64,000 nucleotides of DNA. It comes from Octopus vulgaris (lineage: Eukaryota). Below, piece after piece: positions 28,255 to 42,200 of the stretch. The stretch spans positions 46,624,001-46,688,000 of the forward strand of contig OX597832.1 in NCBI GenBank assembly GCA_951406725.2. Reading direction: 5' to 3'. Position numbers and translations under genes: made by a program. The notes beneath the pieces were generated by a model, which was not told the origin of the DNA, ran no database searches, and was given only the letters and a program-made list of their open reading frames with translations. Numbering within the stretch: position 1 is the stretch's first letter; each line of letters opens with the position of its first letter.

Positions 28255-28747
28255 AAATATATACGACGGGTTTCTTTCAGTTTCTGTCAACCAAATCCAC
28301 TTACATAGCTTTGGCCGGCCCGAAGTTATAATAGGTGACACTTGCCCAAGGTGCCACGCAGTGGGACTGAACCATGTGGTTCAAGAGCAAGCTTCTTATT
28401 ACACAGCCACGAATCTAATAAAAGTTTGTGACAAAAATGTAGAAACGGCAAGTATTAGGGGTTATAAAACGTTGTTAAATATGCTGAAATTGCTATTATA
28501 TGATGTTTTTAAATATACGAAGTACTTAATTTTTGATATTCAATTTTTCATATGTAAACATATAGGCAATTAATATTTTCACTAAAATTGAAAATAAATT
28601 GATTCTTGAATATTTTAATTTAAAATTTACGCAAACATAAAATATTTAAAAAAGGCATTTATAACTATTTTAGTTTCTAAATTCTAATTTCAGCTGCAAT
28701 ATTTTACCTTTCTTATCTTCTTTTCGTGGACTTTTCCAGGTTCAATA
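27511..28747. mobile_element. Non-autonomous TIR DNA element with long imperfect TIRs, probable TA TSD
   Basis: tattgaacctggaaaagt (27511-27528) and acttttccaggttcaata (28730-28747); weaker inverted similarity continues inward (aatattgc.gct...ttagaattt). Confidence 0.75.
27955..28410 (-). mobile_element. Diverged SINE-A nested in the TIR element
   Basis: Both SINE-A arms and the internal microsatellite are present. Confidence 0.85.
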
Positions 28748-28757
28748 CGCCTGCATT

Positions 28758-28800
<43 letters not shown>

Positions 28801-29329
28801 ACTTATGCATAAGGGCAAAAGAAAAAATTCTTATGCCAAATATAGCGAGAAATAGATTTTAAATAGGCAATAACCACATATAATTTATCACTAAATGCAC
28901 GCGTCTCGAAGCAAATAAGTATTTTCGTGATGAATTATATGTGGTAATGAATGTGTCATATAAAGCAAACTTTACTCTTAGTGTTGTTGAGAAAAGTTTA
29001 TATTTTCTAAGATATTTCGTGTTAAACTAGTCGTATTTCGGTAATTTCAGCCAATCAATGACGTGTATTCAGCTGAATAAAATTACTGCTGTTATTTGTC
29101 AAACAATTTTCGTCCCCTGCAAGCCAGCGAGGCGACTTCAAACGTGCTCGAAGAACCAAAACAACCGGAAGCGGAAGCAGTCTTCTTACCACACAGCCAC
29201 ACCTCCACCAATATATATATATATATATATATCAAACAATCAAGGAACGGAAAAACAAACAATCAAGGAAATTTCTACAAAATTTTTTTTGCCACCCTAT
29301 ATTGATTGATTATATATATATATATATAT

Positions 29330-29424
29330 CATCGTGACCGACCGGACTATCAGATGTTGCTACACACCGCTGGTCACAATGCGCTTCGCATTAGTTTAGC
29401 CTTCAAATGACGCCACCCCGCTGG

Positions 29425-29428
<4 letters not shown>
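29330..29428 (-). mobile_element. Short retroelement 3' end embedded in (TA)n
   Basis: GC-richer 100-bp island ending ...gtcggtcacgatgat on the minus strand; clade uncertain (RTE-like). Confidence 0.4.
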
Positions 29429-29458
<30 letters not shown>

Positions 29459-29600
29459 ATTCAGCAAATCAATTAAGATTCAAATGAATTCAAATGAATA
29501 TGGTACTTAACTTAGATGTACCAGAATTCTTTATGGTATTAACCATAAAAATATGTGGGGTGATTATAACCAAGAAAAAAGTAACAAGAATGGATCAGTA

Positions 29601-29689
29601 ATTTAGTACAATTGTTTCATACTAAGAACATTTTATTTAAAGCTGCAAATATTACAGCAAATATAATGTCAAGTATTCATCGGCTAAAT
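29601..29689 (-). ncRNA. Type I hammerhead motif (U4C core) with 58-nt stem II
   Basis: atttag-CCGATGA-atact...agtat-GAAA-caattg-TA-ctaaat; 6-bp stem I, palindromic stem III. Confidence 0.75.
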
Positions 29690-29863
29690 CACATATATGT
29701 TTTCCCAACCTGCTAGAGAGTGTAATATCCTTATGAAGTATTCAGAGTGAGTTCTATGAATTTGAAGTAAGGTAATAAGCAGACTTTATATATATATATA
29801 TATATATATACAGAGAGAGAGAGAGAGATGGATAGATAGATCGATATACATACATACATATAC

Positions 29864-29909
<46 letters not shown>

Positions 29910-30551
29910 ATACATGAAAAATCAACACTATATTCTAAGCTACGTAACATATGTATACATATGTGTGTATGCATGCATATGCATGTGTACGTGTGTGTGT
30001 GTTTGTATGTATATATATTACGTAGCATCGGATGTAGAATTGATTATTTTCTTGGAAGACAAAACATTTTTTTTATTTACCATTGCAAATTTGCTATTAT
30101 GCTGTATATATTGAATCTAACTTACATTTATTTAAATATTGCAATCAAAGAAGGCAACAACTGCAGTCCTCTCATATAGACTGCATCTTTTTTTTCTATA
30201 GCTACATACTCATATGAAGTATAATCAATGTTACTGACAACCTCCGTTAATCATAGGCCTATGCACATGTATGGGAGAACGTGGTTTCTGCGTTTATTTT
30301 TTTGCGCATTTCCATGTTCATGTATATGTTTGTGTGTTTGTGTGTGTATTCAATATACTATATTGCAATTTATTCCCTGAATTTACAATTAGTGTCTTGT
30401 GAAATAGAATTCAAAAGAACGATTCTGAGGTCGGTGTGGTTTCTCGCACGCAATAATATATATATATGAGACTGCATCGATGTAATATTTTATTTTACTA
30501 GTTCCTCATTGGTGTAAGGCCCAAATTCGTGTGTGCTACTCTATGTATTGC

Positions 30552-30588
<37 letters not shown>

Positions 30589-30590
<2 letters not shown>

Positions 30591-30775
30591 TCTTTTACTT
30601 GTTTCAATCATTTGACTGCGGCCATGCTGGAGCACCGCCTTTAGTCGAGCAAATCGACCCCGGGTCTTATTCTTTGTAAGCCCAGTACCTATTCTATCGG
30701 TCTCTTTTGCCGGGGACGTAAACACACGTCGGTTGTCAAGCAATGTTAGGGGGACAAACACAGACATATACAAAC

Positions 30776-30868
<93 letters not shown>

Positions 30869-31036
30869 TACGACAGGCTTCTTTCAGTTTCCGTCTACCA
30901 GATCCACTCACAAGGCTTTGGTCGGCCCAAGGCTATAGCAGAAGACACTTGCCCAAGATGCCACGAAGTGGGACTGAACCCGGAACCATGTGGTTGGTAA
31001 GCAAGCTACCTACCACACAGCCACTCCTGGGCCTAT
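30589..31036 (-). mobile_element. SINE-A full length
   Basis: Reverse-complement match to 18362-18765. Confidence 0.93.
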
Positions 31037-31149
31037 GTATGTATGTATGTATGTATGTATGTATGTATGTATGTATGTATGTATGTATGTATTTGATTCT
31101 GCATGATATTATTTGAATTCTCTAGTCCAAGACATCAAGAAGGACCATA

Positions 31150-31620
31150 ATCCGTGATGAATATTTTTCTTCTAGCCTTGTATTAATCCCTGATGATTTG
31201 CAGTTCTGTTTCATGTTAGAGCTCGTTCCTCTGCTCTCTTTATCTCCGTCACTTTGGAAATTGACGCGCTAAACGAGATGAAATATGATGTAAACCTGGA
31301 TCTAACCTCATTGTGAAGAGGTTTCTGGTTGAAGATAGCAAGATATATTGGTGCGCCAATTACTTGATCTAAATTATCCTCATGTGGAATCGTGTTACCT
31401 AGAGGTTGGACTTTGCAAGTCAACATGCTTAAGTCGTGGTATTGGTTACTGGCAGAAGAATTGAGCAGTCGCGGAGGAAGGTTCTTCCTTCACTGTTGCT
31501 CCATTCTATTCGGGCATAAAATATAACGTCTGAATGATGCGCTGCCCTCTCTGCTTACAACTATCGCATCCACGATATACTCCAGTTCCTAGCGTGATGG
31601 GGGTAGATGGTTTCTTCGTG
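31150..31620 (+). mobile_element. Possible very old L1/Tx1 RT remnant
   Basis: Scattered motifs FMLELVPLL, VNMLKS, RL...P, ILQFL in L1-like order; many stops. Confidence 0.3.
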
Positions 31621-31679
31621 TCTGACCTTGCCTACATAGATACTTAAAACATTCACTGAAAATGTTACCCATGTTAACT

Positions 31680-32060
31680 AGGAGTGGCTGTGTGGTAAGT
31701 AGCTTGCTTACCAACCACACGGTTCCGGGTTCATTCCCATTGCGTGGCACCTTGGGTAAGTGTCTTGTACTATAGCCTTGGGCTGACCAAAGCCTTGTGA
31801 GTGGATTTAGTAGACGGAAATTGAAAGAAGCCCGTCGTATAAATGTATGTGCGTGTGTTTATGTGTTTGTGTTTGTCCCCCAACACCGCTTGACAACCAG
31901 TGCTGGTGTGTTTACGTCCCCGTAACTTAGGGGTTCGGCAAAACAGACCAATAGGATAAGTACTAGGCGTCCAAAGAATAAGTCCTGCGGTCGATTTGCT
32001 CTACTAAAGGCAGTGCTCCAGCATGGCCACAGTCAAATGACTGAAACAAGTAAAAGGGTA
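31680..32060 (+). mobile_element. SINE-A full length
   Basis: Match to 18362-18765. Confidence 0.93.
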
Positions 32061-32948
32061 AGGAGAGCAAGACTTAGGTGCAATAGAGAGTCGGTTGATC
32101 GTATTTTGCACTGAAGCCAACACATGAAATAGCTGCGAAAATCAAAAGTAAATGAATAAAAACAGAAAACTCTATTATAGGAATATTCTCATTTCTTTTG
32201 CGTAAACTGTTTTAAACGTAGTGTGGTTGAAACGAAAAGGATTTTCAAGTATCATAACAAGCAAAGGCCTCGAAGCGAAAGAAAATTTCTTTCGATCAGC
32301 AACACATCTACGTTTGAAAGGTTTCAGATTTATGACTCAGTTATATGGTAATAAATATCCATTGCTAATAAATATCCTGCGATAAAATATATTCCGTTCC
32401 CAAGGGCAGAGCAACCTCAGTTAAATACCACAGCGAAAGGTATGACATCTTAAACATATTTCATTAAATGACCGTTTCCCTAAGACATTAAACGAAAATT
32501 TGCCTAAGCCAATATGACGTTTGTACGAAGTCATCTTACATAAATATCGTAATTTGAACGTAAATAACCGTTCGGTAATGAAAGTGAAAAATTTATACGA
32601 TTATCCGTCAGAGGAATGTGGTCGTAATGTAATAATCGCCTCCATAACATGATGATGTACAAATTGGTAATATAAATTATATTATATACAATTATCGAGC
32701 AAAAGTAAATAAGGTTATTTACCTTGCCTGTTGAATTCGTTCATCACTCATATAATACGAAATATAATAGCTAAAATGCCACGAATAGAAATGTGCATTC
32801 GTACATACATATATACATACATACATACATACATACATACATACATACATACATACATACATACATACATACATACATAATTATACACACACAGTCACAC
32901 ATATATTTTTACATACACATACAAAAATTTATATATATATATATATAT

Positions 32949-32986
<38 letters not shown>

Positions 32987-34421
32987 GGATAGATGGATAG
33001 ATTGATAGATAGATAGATAGATAGATGGTTAGATAGATGGATGGATAGATAGATAGACAGATAGATATATAGATAGATAATGTACGTATATATGTATGTA
33101 TGTGTATATGAGCATATAAATAAGTAGATATATATATATATGAATTTATGTATATGTATAAAGATATATATGCGCGTTTGTGTGTCTCTATATACGTGTG
33201 TTTTTCGTGTGTATGTGTGTGTGTGTGTGTGTGTAATAACTATTAAAATAAAGTAATAAACTTGATGTTCCATTAATCCATTTTGAAACTGGGCAACATC
33301 GACATGAACACGTAATAAAATACATTCAAAACACAATATATTTGCCAATATACGTTGGCAACAGCAATATGAGATTTACAATCTCGTATAATTATTATCA
33401 TATATTTCATGTTAAAAACAATTATATTGAAATTAGGACCACACACTTGCGGACCATACCGTATTCTATTGCTTTGCGTGTAATCTTACCCTGCAAAATT
33501 AAGAACAAGTCGATAAGCATTTACTTCGATTCTGCTTGGTACATTATTTATTGCTCGATAATAAGAATAATTGTTGTGAAAACGCGTGTATAATTAATAC
33601 AAATGATTTAATAATTATATTAGAATTACAGATAATCTCTGAATATATTCTATAAAAGGGTTAACTGTATTTGACGTGTGACAGCGATGAGAATTTTTAC
33701 CGATGGATTTACTGTATGGTCGTATTAATTTAATTTAATATGCACCTACCAATTGACTATTGCTATGCTGCTATAAAAAAGACGCACACATGTAGCTGTT
33801 AGCAGTGATATGATAGCTCTACAGTGACTTTTAGCTAACAAAAAGTACCCTTAGAGCCAGTAGGTCTAATAACCTAAATTTCAAATCTTTCTACGAACGC
33901 TGTAAAACACTAGACAGATTATTCTGCATCAAGAACAAAACTTCTTTCATTTTCTGTTTGTTTTCATTAAACCCATGTAACAGCCGAATTATCATATCAT
34001 AAACATATGCACACTTCGTACACCTGCGCCTAGTTCAGATTCAGTTGCATGTCAACGTATTTATTTCGAGTATTTGTACAGACTCACTTGCATGTACATA
34101 AATATATATACATACACACAAATATAGTTGTATGAGTTTGTGCGTGTAAGTGTGAGATCGGCAACCTTTTTAGTGGGTTGCTTTCCCTTGTTTCCTAGAA
34201 CACTTCACTGTATTTGAAGCTGTTTTTCTAGACCACGAAATGGAAGCCTTTTTATGCCTACGGTACCTTTTGAATCAGACTCGACTCATCACATTGAAAC
34301 TATCTGATATATATATATGGAAAATGCTGACTCGCATTCGTTGTTTCTCGCAACGTACAACAATCTGTGTGCGTCATCATCTGGTTTTCTCCTGAATTTA
34401 TATTTACTGCAAGCTTATAAC

Positions 34422-34495
<74 letters not shown>

Positions 34496-35085
34496 GTTTG
34501 TCTTTATCACAAGTTTTGTTGGAGCTTCTGGAGTCTTGCATGTGAAGCGGGCTTACTACCAGCAACCTACGGTACCATGCTATTCGTTCTTTTCCTCTAT
34601 CTAATACTTTCCTGATTATTTTGGCACTCTATTCCAATTTCCTTTATATTCCTCTTGATGCCTTCTCATACTGTTCCCAAGGACCCAGCAATAATCTTCG
34701 CATTCTTAATTTTCCATATCCGGGCTATTTCGTCCTTAAGAGGGTTGTATCTATCTGTCTTTTCGCCTTCCTTCTTGAGTATTCGTGGGTCAAAGGGGCA
34801 TGCAACGTCAACTATATATACCATATGTGGTGCACCTTCTTCACCTCCACCAGGTCCGGTCTGTTATGCTATAGCACCTTATCTGTTTGGATTGGGATAT
34901 TACACAGGATTTTGGTAGTCTCCGACTCTGCCACTCTCTGAGGTTCGTGCTCATACCACGTCTTGCTTCAATCTAACCCCCACTTTTCACACAGTTTCCA
35001 ATGTAGCACTTGTGCTTCCTGGTCGTGTCACCACAATTTGTAGTGGTTTCAGCAGGTTTCGTTCGTGATATGGCCAATGGTTTCA
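34496..35085 (-). mobile_element. R4/Dong-type RLE LINE 3' fragment with (TAA)n tail
   Basis: HD...LHWKLC...WYEHEP...IQTD...HNRPDLV...DVACPFD...EK..RY..LK.EI.RIW; (ATT)n at 34423-34495. Confidence 0.88.
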
Positions 35086-36111
35086 TTCACTGTATCCTTT
35101 ATGTCGGACTCAGATTCTCGTAGAATTACACATTAACCCCCAATATTCCAACACATCCCGATTCAATATGCTGCAATATACGTTACTAATTATCTAGTTT
35201 GCTAATTATCTAGTTCTATATTTTTAGTCATGTAATTTACGGTGCCACTTTAGTTAATTGCTTATATTTTTCTTCCAGTCAATGAAGGTGTTGGTTGCTT
35301 TCTAAAATCCTTTTCAAACTCTGTTCCAAAGTAAACAAAGGTACATAATAGCCACTAACTCTTGTGAGTGAACTGCCCTTTCTTGAATGATAGAATTTTC
35401 AATATATATACCAAAGTGTAAAATATCTCGATATCTCGGCTGTGTATCCTAAGAGACCCTAATCAGAGAATCGACTCCTTAATTCATCTCTAAATTTCTA
35501 ATTCAGTTTTATTAATAGACAATTGCTTATTCCATTGTATTTGCTAAGGGTGCTACTTACTTTTATACTTCGTAGCAGGTGCGCAGATTAAATTTATAAC
35601 GACAGATATTGAAACTATATTAATTTAAAATTTTTCTGTGGATTTCGACTGCTTGTGAAGGTAGCATATTGCGTTTAATTAAGATTATTAGAAATACCAA
35701 AATGTTAAGGGCATTCTAGAAACAAGAAACATGGTATCAGGTTATTGCTAGTTTCTCTTTTTTATTGTTCCTAGTATTCCATTCCACGTAGTTTTTTTTT
35801 TCCCAATATTGCAGTAGAAAGTCGAGTAGCACAAAATGAAAAACTGTTTTTGAATTCCTTTGGTTTAACTTTAGATTCGCCAGGGATTAGTTGTTCCGTT
35901 TCAAACAAAATGTTTATATCATCAGCTTATCGACCCTGTCGGTAGTTTCCACATCACCAGTAAACATGTAATGCCTGATATAAATCACACTACATTAAGC
36001 CTTCGTAACAATATATTTAGTCAAGAATGAGGGAACTCGCCTGACTATTTGGATAAACAAACATTTAATTTCAAATAGATTTGGAAAATTTCTTCACATA
36101 GAATCAAATAT

Positions 36112-36117
36112 ACTACA

Positions 36118-36194
<77 letters not shown>

Positions 36195-36376
36195 CAATAA
36201 TAATGATGATGATAATAATAATGATGATAATAATAATAATGATAATAATAATGATGATGATAATAAAAATAATAATGATAATAATAATAATAATGACAAT
36301 AATAATAATTATGATAATAATAATAATGATAATAATAATGATAATAATAATAATGATAATAATAATAATAATAATG

Positions 36377-36431
<55 letters not shown>

Positions 36432-36452
36432 TGATGATGATGATGATGATAA
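36112..36452. repeat. (ACT/AAT/GAT)n compound microsatellite
   Basis: Direct inspection. Confidence 0.97.
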
Positions 36453-37036
36453 TCCTTTTTATTATTCTTTGAACAAAGCTATTTAACATTTCTTTGTTAT
36501 GATTTTATTTTGTAACTGTTTATATGATAACTATTCTACATCATCTTTATGTATGTTCCACCTTGTTAAGCATCAAAGGTTTTGGTAAATATTTGCACAA
36601 ATCTGTTGACATACTTCGCAACACTTTAGTTGTACAGAAACATATTTCATGTTTTTTTTTATATATATATATATATATATTATTCTGTTTACTTTTGTTT
36701 TTATATCTGCTACATGCAAGAATAATTTTTTTTCTTAATTCGGTCTTATTTCTGTTATTAGTTTTATTTTTTAAATTTATTTTCGCGTTACACCACCATT
36801 TCCCTACTTTTAATATAACTTCTTGGAGAGGTCCAGGTAATTCTAATTCGGTTCGAAACGCATTTTTTTTTTTGTTTCAAGAGTGCCAAAGTATCGCCGA
36901 TTGGCAGCTTCATCCCCACCAAATATAGTAAAAATAAACTAGGGGAAGGCAACTTGGCAGCCAAATTTCACTCAAAACACCTTCAATAAATTGATATATC
37001 ATATAATTAACACAGATATATATTGTCTATTACTTC

Positions 37037-37228
37037 TACTTGTTTCAGTCATTTGACTGTGGCCATGCTGGAGCACCGCCTTTAGTCGAGGCAAATCGAC
37101 CCCGAGACTTATTCTTTGTAAGCCCAGTACTTATTCTATCAGTCTCTTTTTGCCGAACCGCTAAGTGACGGGGACGTAAACACACCAGCATCGGTTGTCA
37201 AGCAATGCTAGGGAGACAAACACAGACA

Positions 37229-37274
<46 letters not shown>

Positions 37275-37460
37275 TATATATATATACATATATACGACAG
37301 GCTTCTTTCAGTTTCCGTCTACCAAATCCACTCACAAGGCATTGGTCGACCCGGGGCTATAGCAGAAGACACTTGCCCAAGATGCCACGCAGTGGGACTG
37401 AACCCGGAACCATGTGGCTGGTTAGCAAGCTACTTACCACACAGAGACTCCTGCGTCTAT
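37037..37460 (-). mobile_element. SINE-A full length
   Basis: Match to family. Confidence 0.94.
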
Positions 37461-37640
37461 GAATGCAAAAGACAATCTTCATATAACGGTACTACTCTTT
37501 ACCATAATCTGGTCCAGTAGGCATGACTTTACACTAAAACAACAAAAGCAATTCATTGATTATCTGTAAACATAATGATTACTAGTGCGGTGCTGAATCA
37601 TATAGCATTCTGAATATGTCAGGAGTGAATTCCAGCAGTT

Positions 37641-37812
37641 ATAGGCGTAGGAGTGGCTGGGTGGTAAGTAGCTTGCTTACCAACCACATGGTTCCGGGTT
37701 CAGTTGCACTGCGTGGCACCTTGGGCAAGTGTCTTCTACTATAGCCTCGGGCCGACCAGAGCCTTGTGAGTGGATTTAGTAGACGGAAACTGAAAGAAGC
37801 CCGTCGTATATG

Positions 37813-37863
<51 letters not shown>

Positions 37864-38073
37864 GTGTGTGTATGTTTGTGTGTCAGTGTTTGTCCCCCCA
37901 ACATCGCTTGACAACAGATGCTGGTGTGTTTACGTCCCCTTAACTTAGCGGTTCGGCAAAAGGGACCGATAGAATAAAGTACTAGGCTTACAAAGAATAA
38001 GTCCTGGGGTCGATTCGCTCGACTAAAGGCGGTGCTCCGGCATGGCTACAATCAAATGACTGAAACAAGTAAA
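37641..38073 (+). mobile_element. SINE-A full length, head-to-head with the previous copy
   Basis: Match to family. Confidence 0.94.
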
Positions 38074-38906
38074 TGAATATAATGAATGGATGAAAATAAA
38101 TACACATATTTTGTTTTTTCCACAATTCTGAGGGGTCGGGAGTATAACCCCGAGTAACTTTGATAGCTTTTGATATATCAGACTATACATTACGTACGAC
38201 TGATGTCTCAGTTATTAGCTATGCGTTTCGTCTTCTTCGCACCAAATGATAGGTTTGAGAAAGTGACGTTCAACAGAATAACAGCCATTACAGTACTAAC
38301 AACGGTGGTACATAATAAACATTCATTGTTGATGTTCTTAATATCAGTAACTCGAACAGCCAGTGACACATCAGTCATACAGGCTTTTGGAGATGTGTTA
38401 CTTCAAACGATTCCATCAGAAAAAAATATTTGAAGTACAAATCATTCTGATTACGCTGTAAACTACAGAACAACTGATAACAATATATTAAATATATATC
38501 AGTCAATCGTGTACGTGTTAGCATCGTTCTATCGCTGTCACAAATAGTCCCAACGGTCTTCCATATACTAGAGATTGTATAATCAATTGTGCTTCTATGG
38601 TCGTGCGATAAGATCTCGCCATGGGCAGAATTTTCATCATAAACGAGAATTTAAATTGAGAATGCTAAAATTTAGATCATATACTGCAAGACACTTCAAC
38701 TGATGCTAACAAATCTACCAATACACAATCCTGAAAAAAATATATTACTTATTGGCCTCAAAACGATACATGACAAAGTAGGCTTTATGCTGGATTTGAA
38801 CTTAGTTAAAAGAGATCCGTAACAAGCACTACAAAGCATGCTATTACATGCTCTAATGAACCTGTCAATTCACGATGCGCTTAAGTAGTGTAAATTAATA
38901 TTTTTT

Positions 38907-39211
38907 ATGCACCTTTTTCAAGCCTAACCAGGCTCATGGGCCCGGTTTCCCGGTTTCTGTGGCGTATGTGTTCCCCCCAGCTGCATGTGACACCAGTCCA
39001 TCTCAGCGTTAACCCGAAAAGAGGAAGAAAGAGTGAGAGAAGGTTGGGGCGAAAGAGTACAACAGGGGTCGGCACCACCCCCTGCAGGAGCCTCGTGGAG
39101 CTTTTAGGTGTTTTCGCTCAATAAACACACACGACGCCCGGTCTGGGAATCGAAACCGCGATTCCCCGACCGCAAATCTGCTGCCCTAACCACTGGGCCA
39201 TTGCGCCTCCA
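38907..39211 (-). mobile_element. SINE head C, tail Y
   Basis: Head ggaggcgcaatggcccagtgg; tail gaaaccgggaaaccgggcccatgagcctgg. Confidence 0.88.
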
Positions 39212-39219
39212 CTAAGTAA

Positions 39220-39468
39220 ATGCGCCGCTTTTAAAGCCTAGCCAGGCTCATGGGCCCGGTTTCCCGGTTTCGGTGGCGTATGTGTTGCCCAGCTGGTTGG
39301 GACGCCAGTCCATCGCAGCGCTACTCATTTTTGCCAGCTGAGTGGACTGGAGCAACGTGAAATGAAGTGCTTTGCTCAAGAACAGAAAGCGTCGCCCGGT
39401 CCAGGAATCGAAACTACAATCTCCCGATCATGATGCTGACACTGTAACCACTAAGGCACGCGCCTCCA
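39220..39468 (-). mobile_element. SINE head D (CORE-like), tail Y
   Basis: ttcttgagcaaagcacttcatttcacgttgctccagtccactcagctggcaaaaatgagtag, then ctgcgatggactggcgtccc. Confidence 0.88.
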
Positions 39469-40498
39469 CAAGCAGGGTAAACGCTCATATTTTAATCTCT
39501 ATATTTCTGTGCATTATCCTCGCGTTTCATTCTTCTCCCTTCCTATGCGTTCTTTTATTTAATATCATACCACATCAAACATCAATTTGTACCGGATTGC
39601 TTCCTCTTTTTTTTTCCATTTAAGAAACTCATTTGTTTCCAATAAGTTCACTTCAATACAGATTTAAAGCGAAACACGTTTTTTTTCCTGGCTGCTTATT
39701 TATTTTTATCTTTTCAATAAAATTGAGCAATACTTTACACAATATACGTGTTAAACGTGCCGTATCTGATACTTCAAAACGCTTCACTTCGTTACGAGAA
39801 CACTCGTATATAAACACATATGAACACACAGACATACATACGTACACATACACAAGCACACATACGTACAGACGTATCCATTTCTACATAGCATTGTTTT
39901 TACATAGGCACATGTGTATTTCCCCTTGGAGGATATATGTTTAAACAAGATTTAATTAAGAGCTGATTGGATTTAACTAAATGCTTCCTAGCTCCCTTGA
40001 ACGGCTTGCATCATATCTCACTGATGTCAACTTGACGTTGTTACAATAAGTATCTTATACGCAGGGCGCTATGACACTTCAATACGTTGCAACCGTACAC
40101 ATATTGTCGTTGAGTTTAATCGAAAGAAATCAATACAGTCATGAAAAAAAATAGAGATCCATCGATTTGATCCATGCGAGTGTGTTCGTATGAATTTCTG
40201 TGTGTATGTATTTGTGTATATGTATATTTGTGTGTGATTTCCAAATGGAATTCGTTTTCTCTAAAACTTTAAATAGCAAAATTCAAGGAGATGCGTTCAA
40301 ATACTTACAGAAATACATGAATTTAGCATACACATGCACGCGCATGTACGTATGCAAGTATGAGTGTCTGTGCGTGTATGTGTATGTGTGAGTGTGTGCG
40401 AGTCTGTGTATTTACATCTTTCTGTATATCTATATAGGTAGATATATACATAGGTAGATAGATAGATAGACAGACACACAGACACACAGTTAGTTAGT

Positions 40499-40579
<81 letters not shown>

Positions 40580-40634
40580 GGATGGATAGATAGACAGATA
40601 GACAGACAGACAGATAGATAGATAAATAGATAGG

Positions 40635-40709
<75 letters not shown>

Positions 40710-41260
40710 GTAAATAGACTCAGGGGTCTTCGTATTTGGGTAGATGTACGGATGTATGTATACGCGAATGCATGCATATATCTGTATGTTTCTATGTGTG
40801 TATGTACTTACAATCAGATAGATATAGATTTAGGTACATAATATATATATATATACACGCACATCCACATAGAAAGAGAAAGTGAGAGGATGAGAGGGAA
40901 AGAACTAAGGATTTGAATGCGTCTTTAAAGAAATACTGACGAAAACACGACTGATACATTGAAACGCAGTCTACCAGGAATGAAATTTGCAGCTGTGTAT
41001 CCTTGAACTTCGGCAATGATAGTTTGAGAGCACTCTACCGTACAAATATGGTAAAAGATTTTATGGAAGGAACAGAGCAATGGATGATTAAAAAAGTTGA
41101 ATCCAGAAGAATCCTGAAAAACAAAAAAATGTAATAGAAAGGAACCATAAAATTACCTTCAAACAAAACAAAAGATCTCCATAAGAGTATTTATTCATAA
41201 ATACATACATACAAGCAAGCAGACATGAATACAAGCATGCATACAAGCATACATGCATAC

Positions 41261-41329
<69 letters not shown>

Positions 41330-41664
41330 CGTAAACATAGATAAACTTGCGCACACAAGCACACATGTATATATTATATGAATATAAATATATACATGTG
41401 TCTCTGCGTGTGTATGTGTGTGTCTTTATGTATACAAGATGCGGAGGATGGATTGTTGATGTAGAAGTCACGGGATGTGTGAAGAAAGTTTTCCCGACAA
41501 ACACAAGAAATAAGAACAATAATTTTAAAAAATGAACATTCCGAAATGTAACAAAATTTGTTTCAACAGCCAGTTTGATCAGGAACATTGCATCACAAAT
41601 GCATAAATATATACATATACATATATACACAGATGCATATATACATATACATATGTACATACAT

Positions 41665-41697
<33 letters not shown>

Positions 41698-42009
41698 ATA
41701 AATATTAGGGAATAAATCCAAATTTACAGGGAAAAAATCAGATTTAGGATTAAATCCAATTTTATAGTAAAATATTATATAATATAATATTATTAGAGAC
41801 AAAACCACTATTTTGCAAAACAAACAAGGAAAGACTTAATCAATACATAAAATTTTAATAAAAAGTAAAAAAAACCGCCACTACAATTGTTTCTTGTCCT
41901 GATCGACAATCTTCAGGTGGACTTCCAATTTTCAAGTCAGTTTCAAATTTGACTTTTTATTAAAATTTTATGTATTGATTAAGTCTTTCCTTGTTTGTTT
42001 TGTCTCTAA

Positions 42010-42020
<11 letters not shown>
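41698..42020 (-). mobile_element. Penelope-like pLTR with partial inverted duplication, between (TA)n tracts
   Basis: 41783-41867 is inverted at 41952-42020 (16-nt indel); hammerhead in the spacer. Confidence 0.8.
41878..41920 (-). ncRNA. Canonical minimal type I hammerhead ribozyme
   Basis: ccac-CTGAAGA-ttgtc-gatcag-gacaa-GAAA-caattg-TA-gtgg: intact core, stems I and II fully paired, palindromic stem III. Confidence 0.88.
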
Positions 42021-42062
<42 letters not shown>

Positions 42063-42067
<5 letters not shown>

Positions 42068-42200
42068 TTACAGAAAAACAAAAGACGAAGGAAGGTGTAT
42101 AAACAACAAACAGGTGTATTTAGTTCACGCTCGGGAAGGTGAGAAAGTCTTTTACGTTTCGTCCCTACTCGCTTCAACAGAAAGGAACATGAGTAAATAA
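42063..42200 (-). mobile_element. Family F copy (hammerhead-like motif 42149-42184, stem II decayed)
   Basis: cttt-CTGTTGA-...-GAAACGTA-aaag; ends at (TA)n. Confidence 0.7.
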
